Source: Octopus sinensis (taxonomy: Eukaryota). From it: 64,000 nucleotides of DNA. The translations under genes and the position numbers were made by a program. A model generated the notes under the pieces. That model was not told the origin of the DNA and did not search any database. It saw only the letters and a program-made list of their open reading frames with translations. The stretch spans positions 105,586,001 to 105,650,000 of the forward strand of contig NC_042999.1 in the NCBI RefSeq assembly GCF_006345805.1, given 5' to 3'. This document shows positions 25,698-39,779 of this stretch, one piece after another; position 1 is the first letter of the stretch; the number at the start of each line of letters is the position of its first letter.

Positions 25698-26073
25698 AAA
25701 CGAGAGCACTCAGAGAGCGCAAACCTCCGCCAAGCAAACACCGACGTCCTCTCAACAATTCGCCAAAGATGAGTTTTAAAATTAGAATATCTGAAATAAA
25801 CTCAACTGCTCTACAAACGGGAATAATAAAAATAAACCCGAACGCTTGCAAAAATTAAGTAAAGAAACCGGAAACGTAATCCAGAATCCTTGACCGTTAC
25901 CGGATCGATTCCAAAATCTAATCAGTTTCTGCAGTCATGAGAGGTCAAACATCCTCGAAAGTTTCATCTGAATAAATCCAGCGGTCCTTGAGATATCTTA
26001 TCCAGAGACAAACAAACAAACAAACAAACACGACTGAAAAACAATACTTCCGCCTTTGCTAAGGCTGAGGTAA
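25698..26073 (+). mobile_element. Non-autonomous Helentron/DINE-1-like element, copy 1
   Basis: 5' AGAGCACTCAGAGAGCGCAAACCTCCGCC, internal (CAAA)n, and a 3' stem-loop ACTTCCGCCTT-tgct-AAGGCTGAGGT (26046-26071) whose arm also matches the 5' CCTCCGCC motif. The class assignment rests on architecture only. Confidence 0.55.
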
Positions 26074-29000
26074 TAAATGTTTCATATTTCGAAATATGAA
26101 TGCAGTTTTGAAATATTTTTGTCAATTGCTCAATCAAATTGAAGCAGATTATATCATATGAATCTTATATGAAAGAACACAGCACACCCACAGATGTCCT
26201 TTGATTGTATGCAAAGTTATGCTTACCCTTGAGCACAGAATCTAATTCTGAGCGATCAGTACTAAAATTCATTAAAATAAATTGCATTTTCTTTGAGAGT
26301 CTCATAAAGTTGCTCCTACGTTTTAATATTTTTCTCGGGTTATGAAGCACCATTGAAGGTAAATTTGAAATGCACTGTAAGACCCTTATATTATTTATAT
26401 AAATTCCTACCACCAACCCTTTAAATTAGTTTCTGTTTTTCTCTTCCTTCTTAGTAGTTGTCAACCGTTTATTGCAAATATGTTTATTTTAATAAAATAT
26501 TAGTTATCCAGCAAACTTTTATATATTTACTCTATGTTAAATTGTCCATGGTTCAGAGATTTTCCTCATGGTACACATAACGGCTGAATACATATGTATT
26601 AGCACCTTCGAAACATTTCACGAGAGCACTTGTTAAGGAAAATTAAAAGTCCAGTAGAGATGTTACATTAAAAGATGACGATATCTACAACTCATCCGAA
26701 CTTTACATCCAGGGAGTTTTAGTAAAAAATTGAAAACTTATGACGAAGGAATCACGTATTAGAATCAAAGTCAACGCCAATTATTTCAGATACGCACAAA
26801 TGAAATACAAAATGATGTATGTGTGCAGAATTGGATATCGAAATAACTTAACCTGGGAGAATCAATATCATCCTAGGGGGCTTGGGTGATTTCTTGTCTC
26901 CTAGAAAGTTAGAGAACAAGAATTTGTAAGTACATGGTGTCTATTTAAAATAGTATATATCTCATATTCAAGGGCATTCGATATACATTAGAAGTTGAAA
27001 AGATTATGAACGATACAATTTCAGATAAACAGGTTTTATATTAGGTATGTAATTTGATTTTGTGAAAAAGGATTTCATATATTATGACTATCGACTATAG
27101 CTGACTAGCTTAGAAATATGTGGCTGGTTTAACAACCGTAAAAAACCTTATATTGATTAAGCGAGTATTGGGTGTTAAATATCTAAGACTTAGTATGGTA
27201 TTACTTCGATTCTACATGAGACGTTAATTATGTGTTGGTTTCTAGTAATTATATATAAGCGGGTAGTTCATTATGTGTTTTACACCTGTTAATTTTCAAA
27301 TCTATTTAGACATTGGCACAGGCAATTATGAGTGACATGCTAGCTCAAATGGGATGTTTCGATTTCTTAGCAAATCCAAGCCTGTCTCATTAGGCCTACT
27401 TTTCTTATGCTCCAAAAAATAAATAAACCAAATATAATCAGCTTAATCATGCTGCAATGTTGCATTTTTCAAAACGAGTTTTGATTGGATAATTGAATTC
27501 TTGAGGGATCAGATATTGACATGAGGAATTTGTTTTTGTATTACATTGTGTTTCATTTTAAAACAATAGAATAATAATTATGTTCTTTTTGAATTTTACT
27601 AAATAATTTTCTCAAAACATATGGATGTAGCATTTTCCAAAAACAGTTAAACCGTTTAATATGCCTTAAATATTCAAATAAAGGCCTGTATTTGAAAAAT
27701 GCGAAAACATTGGCTGTGAAATATGAAAAAAAAACAATGTAATCGAAGCAGAGGGGTTTCAGTCACTAAAGTATTTGTTTAGAATTTTAGCTTCACTCCT
27801 AAAGGAATTGCTAATGTCTATATAAATCTGGATCTATTAAAAATTTAATTTGATTTCATTCATATATGCGATCAGTATTTACCACTCACACATACGAATA
27901 AAAGCTTTGTAAAGTTGGAAAATCTTATAGGAAACAAGTTGCTAAACCAGTGTAATCTAGCTTATCTTAAAAAGAGCCTTGTGAGATTTAGAATAAACAA
28001 TTAGGCCTATACTACTACCGAGGGTTCCGGGCATCGTTAGATGACTCACATTTTATACACAGGTCATTCAAGTTTTCCAATCAACATAGAAAAGTGGATT
28101 TTACCACAACCCCAGGTTGATGAATATATATGGATAACACTAATATGGTAGATGTTCATTATGTAGAAGCCCGTTGTTTGTACATATAACTCTTTTGCAT
28201 TGACTTCAAATGTAAATGATCGCATAGCCATGCGTGTAAGATTCATATGAAAGATATTCACTTGCATACGCCCAAAAAGACAAAACACACACATATATGA
28301 GCGTATACGATTTCATATTATGTATCTGCGCGTGCGTGTACGTATATAATTGTAATGTTAACTTTTGCCTATTTGTTTATAATTCATTATGCATATAGCT
28401 ATGCAAGGATCCCCAAATACTAGTGCTTTCGGGACTACGCGCTGGAAGACGTATTCTCAAAGTCAAACAATTACGCAAAACACCGTTTGAAATGCAGTAA
28501 ACCAGTGTTTGATCCGTCGTAAATATATTATCGAATTTCTTATTCAGAAACCACAGTATGTAACAATGCCAACAATATAAGAGATTAAAACCATTTTATA
28601 TACATCATATATTAATTTGATCTTACGAATTTCCCATTCGAATGAATTTGTTAACTTATCAACGGAAGATGGGGATAATGAAAACATATGATAGACGATG
28701 TATTAACCATTCGGAATCTGCAAATAAAATAACCTCTTACTGTTTTTATTTTTACTGTTTTGAATTATTGTTCAAAATATTTTATCAATACTGAAAGTTT
28801 TCTTTCAGCTTTAAGTCACATCTTTCACAACCACTCAGTATGTTTTCTTTGTATTACCAGCTGACGCACATTCTCTATGAAAACAATCACACAAACAAAT
28901 AAACAAAAAGAGCGTTGCTAATTTAAAGTCAATGCAAGAGAATTATTGATTGTCATAACAACAGATATACGGAAGATAAACCAAAATTGCAAATATATTT

Positions 29001-30627
29001 GAAGTCCAAACCTGGAGAGATGAAACTGAATAGTGTTGTATAAAAATGTGAGATCTGATTTGGTGAATACATGATGTCTCATGAAAATTTATTTCACGCA
29101 ATCTTTCATAAAACCGATTAAATGAATTTGTATGTTGCTGGGTGGTTAAAATTGTATTATTGCGTTGTAGTAAAATTGTATATTGCCGGGTGATTAATCT
29201 GTAGAATCTATACAGTTCAGCTTCAAAATTGCTAGTGTGTGTTTAGGAATATATTTGTTAGCAGATCCACTAAATAGGAACATGATGCTTAAGACTAGAA
29301 AGATTATACTTGAAATCTGTTTGTAAGGAAATCGCATTCACACTAGGCATTTGACTTGCTACTTCTGCAAAGAAGGGCCTGGATAGTAGTTATACTTTGC
29401 ACTACAACAGTATTAAATAAATGAAAATTTCAGGAAAATGACAAAAGGAAATACGAAAATGATATTTAAACACAACTTCTAATCAAAATTGTATTCCCCA
29501 TAACTACTCTGCAATACGGTTTTGGCTTATCTCTGCTGACAAATCCGTATGGCATTTTGCATTATTGTATAAAACATAGGATAATTTCTCTGCTAGGTAT
29601 ATTTTGTTATTCTGCTCGTATTGAAAACGAAATAAGCTTACAAAAATGCAAAGCAATGTCCCAGTGGAGAATGCTCGTTGCCTCAATCCCGATATAAGCT
29701 TTAAGACATGAATGCAAGTACTTTAAATCGCATTCTATTATGCTTCGTATAAATATATTTATTGATTACAGTGTTTGAGATTTTTCATTCTAAGATTTTG
29801 TAAATCTGTTTTTGGCCATTTCAGATGCAACAGGGAGATTTATAAAACTATATGAGCATTTGGCAGAAGGAGATAAAATATAACAGTTAGAACAAAGAAT
29901 TTACGTGTTTGGTTTTTTCTCATAAATCCATTCTGTTGTTACTCAAGTATAATGTATTCAGTTATGCTATTTAATGTTTTAAGAAATTTCCACATTGTCA
30001 TGCGCTACAGACAATACATCCTCTTTTTATTTACAACTGTCTTCTGAGATACTGGCAATGCCTAGATTTCGTTGTTTATTTAAAACCTTCCGTGATACAA
30101 ACACTGTCCCTGTGGAATATGTTGCACTGCATGAAGGCTATTATTGTATACAAAAGATATGCTGGATCTAAATATGCTAAATGTATATAAAAACTCTCAC
30201 TAGTATTTTACGGTATGAAAATGATGTTTATGCACACTTTAAATTGCAAAACGTTGTAGCCACGTACCCCACAAAATAAAAGCACCTTGTATGAAATATA
30301 TCCCACGAGAACATTTCATTGGCGTATATTGTCTTTCCTGGCAATGTAAAATATTAGACACTTAAATTTCAGCTTCGTATTAACTGATAAAACACTTCTA
30401 GACAAAATATAGTAATATTTAGGGATGAATTCACGAACACTGTGCTTCATAACTTCTGTTTATGTTAAAAAATTGCAAATGGCTAAAAGAAAAAAGAATA
30501 CAAGTTTCTGAATTGCTGAAGATGCTTATCTAAACTTCTCATTCATATTCACTTTCGCTTCATTTTCTTCGTTATTATAAGTACCATTTCTGTGTTGGAG
30601 TGCCGTATATATATATTATATATATAT

Positions 30628-30677
<50 letters not shown>

Positions 30678-30700
30678 AAAGCATGCTTATACGTTCTATG

Positions 30701-30753
<53 letters not shown>

Positions 30754-30877
30754 GGGGGGTACCTGCCTTTACGATGTTAATAGCAAAATATGATCAATAT
30801 TTTGTCATGATATTTTCTACAGAAACCTATTGTAGAAGACAGCTTTAAATTCCCTATCTGTGGCAAACACACAGGGG

Positions 30878-30927
<50 letters not shown>

Positions 30928-31378
30928 GATCAATCAGTCTGTCTGTCTGTCTGTCGGTCTTTTTGTCTATGAAACTGTCTATTTGTGAGTACATAGGCAT
31001 GTGTATATTTACGGATGAAAGTGTGAAACTTTGTGGGAGTGGACTTGAGTTAATTCTACATTAGATTTAATAACTGGAAAAATGGTGCAAAATGTTATAT
31101 TATAATTTATACATCTTTTAATTGTTATATTTGAAATTTATCTCAAAAGCAAATATCTACAATGGTTTCAGCATAAATCTAATAAAATATGCAGTGTAGA
31201 TACAGTGTTGAAAATAGATATAAGGTATTTAAATATTGCGTATTTCAAACCGGTTTTACGATTTTCCTCGCTGTTCAAGGTCTATATACTAGAAATGCAC
31301 AATTATATCGATATAATTGTGCTGGAGTGTACGTATTTTCAAGGGATTACAACTGTGTTTTTACGCGAACGAAAGTAA

Positions 31379-31655
31379 TCTTTATATATAAAAGTGAAGT
31401 TGTGTGTCTGTCTCCTACGATTTAGATTCCTAACTACTCCCACATTTTGCGGTGCAGCGTAACCAAAAGCGGGTATCTTATAGTCGTGATTCATATCGAG
31501 CCCTTCTGTGTATTAGCGCGCGTCTACGATGAGTCTACGATTTAAACAAAAATTACCATCATTTTCCCCATTTTTAATGCATTTTTTTGCTATTATATAA
31601 GGGAAGTAACTCTCTAAAAATGTATTATTAAATCTCAGAACGTAAAAAGCTACAG
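31379..31655 (+). mobile_element. Non-autonomous Helitron, 3'-truncated by the duplication junction
   Basis: Same sequence as the first ~277 bp of 37323-37715; ends abruptly at AAGCTACAG. Confidence 0.8.
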
Positions 31656-32022
31656 AGCACTCAGAGAGCGCAAACCTCCGCCAAGCAAACACCGACGTCC
31701 TCTCAACAATTCGCCAAAGATGAGTTTTAAAATTAGAATATCTGAAATAAACTCAACTGCTCTACAAACGGAATAATAAAAATAAACCCGAACGCTTGCA
31801 AAAATTAAGTAAAGAAACCGGAAACGTAATCCAGAATCCTTGACCGTTACCGGATCGATTCCAAAATCTAATCAGTTTCTGCAGTCATGAGAGGTCAAAC
31901 ATCCTCGAAAGTTTCATCTGAATAAATCCAGCGGTCCTTGAGATATCTTATCCAGAGACAAACAAACAAACAAACAACACGACTGAAAAACAATACTTCC
32001 GCCTTTGCTAAGGCTGAGGTAA
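31654..32022 (+). mobile_element. Non-autonomous Helentron/DINE-1-like element, copy 2 (within the duplication)
   Basis: Near-identical to 25703-26073. Confidence 0.55.
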
Positions 32023-35000
32023 TAAATGTTTCATATTTCGAAATATGAATGCAGTTTTGAAATATTTTTGTCAATTGCTCAATCAAATTGAAGCAGATTA
32101 TATCATATGATCTTATATGAAAGAACACAGCACACCCACAGATGTCCTTTGATTGTATGCAAAGTTATGCTTACCCTTGAGCACAGAATCTAATTCTGAG
32201 CGATCAGTACTAAAATTCATTAAAATAAATTGCATTTTCTTTGAGAGTCTCATAAAGTTGCTCCTACGTTTTAATATTTTTCTCGGGTTATGAAGCACCA
32301 TTGAAGGTAAATTTGAAATGCACTGTAAGACCCTTATATTATTTATATAAATTCCTACCACCAACCCTTTAAATTAGTTTCTGTTTTTTTCTTCCTTCTT
32401 AGTAGTTGTCAACCGTTTATTGCAAATATGTTTATTTTAATAAAATATTAGTTATCCAGCAAACTTTTATATATTTACTCTATGTTAAATTGTCCATGGT
32501 TCAGAGATTTTCCTCATGGTACACATAACGGCTGAATACATATGTATTAGCACCTTCGAAACATTTCACGAGAGCACTTGTTAAGGAAAATTAAAAGTCC
32601 AGTAGAGATGTTACATTAAAAGATGACGATATCTACAACTCATCCGAACTTTACATCCAGGGTTTTTTAGTAAAAAATTGAAAACTTATGACGAAGGAAT
32701 CACGTATTAGAATCAAAGTCAACGCCAATTATTTCAGATACGCACAAATGAAATACAAAATGATGTATGTGTGCAGAATTGGATATCGAAATAACTTAAC
32801 CTGGGAGAATCAATATCATCCTAGGGGGCTTGGGTGATTTCTTGTCTCCTAGAAAGTTAGAGAACAAGAATTTGTAAGTACATGGTGTCTATTTAAAATA
32901 GTATATATCTCATATTCAAGGGCATTCGATATACATTAGAAGTTGAAAAGATTATGAACGATACAATTTCAGATAAACAGGTTTTATATTAGGTATGTAA
33001 TTTGATTTTGTGAAAAAGGATTTCATATATTATGACTATCGACTATAGCTGACTAGCTTAGAAATATGTGGCTGGTTTAACAACCGTAAAAAACCTTATA
33101 TTGATTAAGCGAGTATTGGGTGTTAAATATCTAAGACTTAGTATGGTATTACTTCGATTCTACATGAGACGTTAATTATGTGTTGGTTTCTAGTAATTAT
33201 ATATAAGCGGGTAGTTCATTATGTGTTTTACACCTGTTAATTTTCAAATCTATTTAGACATTGGCACAGGCAATTATGAGTGACATGCTAGCTCAAATGG
33301 GATGTTTCGATTTCTTAGCAAATCCAAGCCTGTCTCATTAGGCCTACTTTTCTTATGCTCCAAAAAATAAATAAACCAAATATAATCAGCTTAATCATGC
33401 TGCAATGTTGCATTTTTCAAAACGAGTTTTGATTGGATAATTGAATTCTTGAGGGATCAGATATTGACATGAGGAATTTGTTTTTGTATTACATTGTGTT
33501 TCATTTTAAAACAATAGAATAATAATTATGTTCTTTTTGAATTTTACTAAATAATTTTCTCAAAACATATGGATGTAGCATTTTCCAAAAACAGTTAAAC
33601 CGTTTAATATGCCTTAAATATTCAAATAAAGGCCTGTATTTGAAAAATGCGAAAACATTGGCTGTGAAATATGAAAAAAAAACAATGTAATCGAAGCAGA
33701 GGGGTTTCAGTCACTAAAGTATTTGTTTAGAATTTTAGCTTCACTCCTAAAGGAATTGCTAATGTCTATATAAATCTGGATCTATTAAAAATTTAATTTG
33801 ATTTCATTCATATATGCGATCAGTATTTACCACTCACACATACGAATAAAAGCTTTGTAAAGTTGGAAAATCTTATAGGAAACAAGTTGCTAAACCAGTG
33901 TAATCTAGCTTATCTTAAAAAGAGCCTTGTGAGATTTAGAATAAACAATTAGGCCTATACTACTACCGAGGGTTCCGGGCATCGTTAGATGACTCACATT
34001 TTATACACAGGTCATTCAAGTTTTCCAATCAACATAGAAAAGTGGATTTTACCACAACCCCAGGTTGATGAATATATATGGATAACACTAATATGGTAGA
34101 TGTTCATTATGTAGAAGCCCGTTGTTTGTACATATAACTCTTTTGCATTGACTTCAAATGTAAATGATCGCATAGCCATGCGTGTAAGATTCATATGAAA
34201 GATATTCACTTGCATACGCCCAAAAAGACAAAACACACACATATATGAGCGTATACGATTTCATATTATGTATCTGCGCGTGCGTGTACGTATATAATTG
34301 TAATGTTAACTTTTGCCTATTTGTTTATAATTCATTATGCATATAGCTATGCAAGGATCCCCAAATACTAGTGCTTTCGGGACTACGCGCTGGAAGACGT
34401 ATTCTCAAAGTCAAACAATTACGCAAAACACCGTTTGAAATGCAGTAAACCAGTGTTTGATCCGTCGTAAATATATTATCGAATTTCTTATTCAGAAACC
34501 ACAGTATGTAACAATGCCAACAATATAAGAGATTAAAACCATTTTATATACATCATATATTAATTTGATCTTACGAATTTCCCATTCGAATGAATTTGTT
34601 AACTTATCAACGGAAGATGGGGATAATGAAAACATATGATAGACGATGTATTAACCATTCGGAATCTGCAAATAAAATAACCTCTTACTGTTTTTATTTT
34701 TACTGTTTTGAATTATTGTTCAAAATATTTTATCAATACTGAAAGTTTTCTTTCAGCTTTAAGTCACATCTTTCACAACCACTCAGTATGTTTTCTTTGT
34801 ATTACCAGCTGACGCACATTCTCTATGAAAACAATCACACAAACAAATAAACAAAAAGAGCGTTGCTAATTTAAAGTCAATGCAAGAGAATTATTGATTG
34901 TCATAACAACAGATATACGGAAGATAAACCAAAATTGCAAATATATTTGAAGTCCAAACCTGGAGAGATGAAACTGAATAGTGTTGTATAAAAATGTGAG

Positions 35001-36829
35001 ATCTGATTTGGTGAATACATGATGTCTCATGAAAATTTATTTCACGCAATCTTTCATAAAACCGATTAAATGAATTTGTATGTTGCTGGGTGGTTAAAAT
35101 TGTATTATTGCGTTGTAGTAAAATTGTATATTGCCGGGTGATTAATCTGTAGAATCTATACAGTTCAGCTTCAAAAATTGCTAGTGTGTGTTTAGGAATA
35201 TATTTGTTAGCAGATCCACTAAATAGGAACATGATGCTTAAGACTAGAAAGATTATACTTGAAATCTGTTTGTAAGGAAATCGCATTCACACTAGGCATT
35301 TGACTTGCTACTTCTGCAAAGAAGGGCCTGGATAGTAGTTATACTTTGCACTACAACAGTATTAAATAAATGAAAATTTCAGGAAAATGACAAAAGGAAA
35401 TACGAAAATGATATTTAAACACAACTTCTAATCAAAATTGTATTCCCCATAACTACTCTGCAATACGGTTTTGGCTTATCTCTGCTGACAAATCCGTATG
35501 GCATTTTGCATTATTGTATAAAACATAGGATAATTTCTCTGCTAGGTATATTTTGTTATTCTGCTCGTATTGAAAACGAAATAAGCTTACAAAAATGCAA
35601 AGCAATGTCCCAGTGGAGAATGCTCGTTGCCTCAATCCCGATATAAGCTTTAAAGACATGAATGCAAGTACTTTAAATCGCATTCTATTATGCTTCGTAT
35701 AAATATATTTATTGATTACAGTGTTTGAGATTTTTCATTCTAAGATTTTGTAAATCTGTTTTTGGCCATTTCAGATGCAACAGGGAGATTTATAAAACTA
35801 TATGAGCATTTGGCAGAAGGAGATAAAATATAACAGTTAGAACAAAGAATTTACGTGTTTGGTTTTTTCTCATAAATCCATTCTGTTGTTACTCAAGTAT
35901 AATGTATTCAGTTATGCTATTTAATGTTTTAAGAAATTTCCACATTGTCATGCGCTACAGACAATACATCCTCTTTTTATTTACAACTGTCTTCTGAGAT
36001 ACTGGCAATGCCTAGATTTCGTTGTTTATTTAAAACCTTCCGTGATACAAACACTGTCCCTGTGGAATATGTTGCACTGCATGAAGGCTATTATTGTATA
36101 CAAAAGATATGCTGGATCTAAATATGCTAAATGTATATAAAAACTCTCACTAGTATTTTACGGTATGAAAATGATGTTTATGCACACTTTAAATTGCAAA
36201 ACGTTGTAGCCACGTACCCCACAAAATAAAAGCACCTTGTATGAAATATATCCCACGAGAAACATTTCATTGGCGTATATTGTCTTTCCTGGCAATGTAA
36301 AATATTAGACACTTAAATTTCAGCTTCGTATTAACTGATAAAACACTTCTAGACAAAATATAGTAATATTTAGGGATGAATTCACGAACACTGTGCTTCA
36401 TAACTTCTGTTTATGTTAAAAAAATTGCAAATGGCTAAAAGAAAAAAGAATACAAGTTTCTGAATTGCTGAAGATGCTTATCTAAACTTCTCATTCATAT
36501 TCACTTTCGCTTCATTTTCTTCGTTATTATAAGTACCATTTCTGTGTTGGAGTGCCGTATATATATATATTATATATATATATATATATATACACATATA
36601 TATATATATATTATATATATGTGTGTGTGTGTGTGTAAAGCATGCTTATACGTTCTATGTACATACATACATATATATATATATTATATATATATATATA
36701 TATGGGGGGGGTACCTGCCTTTACGATGTTAATAGCAAAATATGATCAATATTTTGTCATGATATTTTCTACAGAAACCTATTGTAGAAGACAGCTTTAA
36801 ATTCCCTATCTGTGGCAAACACACAGGGG

Positions 36830-36867
<38 letters not shown>

Positions 36868-37322
36868 GATCAATCAGTCTGTCTGTCTGTCTGTCGGTCG
36901 GTCTTTTTGTCTATGAAACTGTCTATTTGTGAGTACATAGGCATGTGTATATTTACGGATGAAAGTGTGAAACTTTGTGGGAGTGGACTTGAGTTAATTC
37001 TACATTAGATTTAATAACTGGAAAAATGGTGCAAAATGTTATATTATAATTTATACATCTTTTAATTGTTATATTTGAAATTTATCTCAAAAGCAAATAT
37101 CTACAATGGTTTCAGCATAAATCTAATAAAATATGCAGTGTAGATACAGTGTTGAAAATAGATATAAGGTATTTAAATATTGCGTATTTCAAACCGGTTT
37201 TACGATTTTCCTCGCTGTTCAAGGTCTATATACTAGAAATGCACAATTATATCGATATAATTGTGCTGGAGTGTACGTATTTTCAAGGGATTACAACTGT
37301 GTTTTTACGCGAACGAAAGTAA

Positions 37323-37715
37323 TCTTTATATATAAAAGTGAAGTTGTGTGTCTGTCTCCTACGATTTAGATTCCTAACTACTCCCACATTTTGCGGTGCA
37401 GCGTAACCAAAAGCGGGTATCTTATAGTCGTGATTCATATCGAGCCCTTCTGTGTATTAGCGCGCGTCTACGATGAGTCTACGATTTAAACAAAAATTAC
37501 CATCATTTTCCCCATTTTTAATGCATTTTTTTGCTATTATATAAGGGAAGTAACTCTCTAAAAATGTATTATTAAATCTCAGAACGTAAAAAGCTACAGT
37601 AACACCCCCCTTTGTGGTTAGCCATATTGAGATGGCTATTATACTTTACATCTCTAAAAATGCTTATATAGCTATTTCCCTTACAAACCCGAGCAACGCT
37701 GGGCGATACTGCTAG
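37323..37715 (+). mobile_element. Complete non-autonomous Helitron (393 bp)
   Basis: Starts with TC after an A (37322|37323) and ends CTAG before a T (37715|37716). A subterminal GC-rich imperfect palindrome CCCGAGCAACGCTGGG sits ~8 nt before the end, and there is no TSD. These are canonical Helitron termini. Confidence 0.85.
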
Positions 37716-38367
37716 TATTTGATAAAGGGGATTCATGCATACGTGTATCTTAGGCTACAGTTATATACATACGTATACATATTTGTGTGTATATGTGTAT
37801 ATATGTGTGTATATGTGTGTGTATAAGTGGGTGTGTGCTTGTATGTGTTTTTGTGTGTTTGCGTGTGTGTATGTGTGCAGTATGGTCTATGTATGTGTAT
37901 CTATATATTCATCTATGTCTCCCAATATATGAAAACATATCTCTTGGAAATATATATCTTTCTATATCTTTGATATATTTAACATGCTCTATCTGTGTAT
38001 GCACATAAATAGGTGTGTCTATTTATATGCGTGTGCGTGCGTGAATATGTATGGACAAGAATGTGTGTGCCAGTATGTGTGTTTGTGTGTGTATGTAAAA
38101 TGTACATATAAGCGTCTTCAACCATTGGTGCTGACAACAACATTGAGACAACAGGATAATAACGTGTATAAACATATTTCTGTAAAATATTTCATCTGTC
38201 GCTTTACGTAAGCATTGAAATTGTCGAAATTATATAACATACCCGCCAATTTTTCCTTCTTTTGATGGCAACATTTAATAAAATGCCTATATTGATGGTG
38301 CGTAATATCAGAACTGCTAAGGTGCATTTTGCAAATAGTTTGAGCATCTAAACAAAACCATAAAATC

Positions 38368-38368
<1 letters not shown>

Positions 38369-38440
<72 letters not shown>

Positions 38441-38495
38441 GTAAAGTAATAATAATGATGATGATGATGATAACTATTATGATTATTATTATTAT
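38369..38495. repeat. (AAT)n/(GAT)n microsatellite
   Basis: Directly visible; source of the poly-Ile ORF 38317..38505. Confidence 0.95.
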
Positions 38496-38498
38496 GAA

Positions 38499-38820
38499 GG
38501 CCCATGGCTCAGTGGTTAGAGCGTCGAACCTACGATCGTGAGGTTGTGAGTTCGAATCGGACTGCGTGTTGTATTCTTTAGCAAGATACTTTATTTCACG
38601 TTGCTCCAGTTCACTCAGCTGTAGAAATGAGTTGCGACGTCACATGTGTCAAGCCATATCGGTTTTTGCCTTTCCCTTGGATAACACTGCTGGCGTGGAG
38701 AGGGGAGGCCGGTATGCATGGACGACAGCTCGTCTTCCATAAACACTATTGCCGGGACTTGTGCCTGGGAGTGTAACTTTATAGGTGCAATCCCATGGTC
38801 AGTCATGACCGAAGGGGATC
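38499..38820 (+). mobile_element. tRNA-derived SINE with CORE-like central domain
   Basis: A box TGGCTCAGTGG, B box GAGTTCGAATC, then TAGCAAGATACTTTATTTCACGTTGCTCCAGTTCACTCAGCTGTAGAAATGAG, which resembles the CORE/MIR-type domain. No tRNA acceptor stem. Confidence 0.75.
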
Positions 38821-38825
38821 CTAAA

Positions 38826-39362
38826 TTATTATTATTGAGTGAGAGCGAAGCGCGTACCATGTAAATGACACTGGGTTATCAATATACGAAGCCTTGCATA
38901 CGCATCATGGCTACCTGCCTGATAAGCGTACACCTAGCACATGCTTCACAACCATATATCCACGACATCGTGTTCTCATATGAAGACAAACAGTTTCCAA
39001 CATTGCAGGTGGGGCTCCGAATTTTCTTCAGGTCGAGTGCCCCTCCCCGCTCAAAAGGTCATTGAATAAAGGTTGTTTAAAGTTGATGAACATAACACCA
39101 ATGTTTACAAGGGTCAATTATTCAAAGACGAAAGAATTCCTCTCAACACATGGCTATGATGTCCCCCCACTACTTCTGCTCGTGATCAGAGATGTACATA
39201 CCATCAGCCACTAAGGAATATGCTCAACTGGTTAATATTAAGCCGCTGATAAGGAAAACCCTGGTATTGAGCAAAATATTTGCTGTAGTCCATCTTTTAT
39301 AGTATGATAAAACAATGATAACACATCCAATCAGCTAAGATCAGAAGACATGAGAGCCATTG
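38826..39362 (-). mobile_element. ~550-bp SINE-like interspersed repeat, copy A
   Basis: Homologous to 39385-39775, to 39780-40120 (inverted) and to 46590-46655. Shared GCTATGATG..CCCCCACTACTTCTGCTCGTGATCAGAGATG; (AAT)n-type tail. Confidence 0.75.
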
Positions 39363-39384
39363 CCCGGTACTGCATCAGGGCATT

Positions 39385-39775
39385 TATTATTATTATCAAG
39401 TGAGAGAGCAGCGCGTGCTATCAAAGTATCACTGGGGTACCAAAATACGAAGCTCAATATACCCCTCATGACTACCCGTATGAGAAGGCTACACCATGTA
39501 CATGCATCACAACCATATGTGCGCGACATGGTAATTTCATATCAATATAAACTGCTCATGACAGTGCAGATGGAGCCCAGTTAGAATTTTCTTCGCTCGA
39601 GTAACTCATTTCGCTCAAATGGTCCCAGATGATGAACGAAACGCCCATGTTTCCAGAGGTGAATAATCCACGCCCCCAAAATTCCTCTCAACACATAGCT
39701 ATGATGCTCCCACACTACTTGTGCTCGTGATCAGAGATGCACATATCGTCAGTCAATGAGTAACATGCTCAACCT
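39385..39775 (-). mobile_element. Same repeat, copy B (partial)
   Basis: Aligns with copy A over GTGAGAGAGCAGCGCG...CATGCTCAAC. Confidence 0.75.
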
Positions 39776-39779
39776 GTAA

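Larger units (their letters stand above)
25703..37599 (+). repeat. Direct tandem segmental duplication, two ~5.95-kb near-identical units (25703-31653 and 31654-37599)
   Basis: Track ORFs recur at ~5.95-kb offset (26165/32113, 28064/34012, 31189/37133). The junction at 31654-31655 reads AAAAAGCTAC-AG-AGCACTCAG, with 2-bp AG microhomology. Confidence 0.97.

Noticed and set aside
26660-26880. Mostly open frame DDDIYNSSELYIQG...TWENQYHPRGLG inside the duplicated unit
   Set aside because: Contains an internal stop, is short and has no recognised motif; not enough to call a duplicated gene.
38499-38570. Possible tRNA gene
   Set aside because: It has A and B boxes but no acceptor stem and runs directly into a SINE body, so it is a SINE head.
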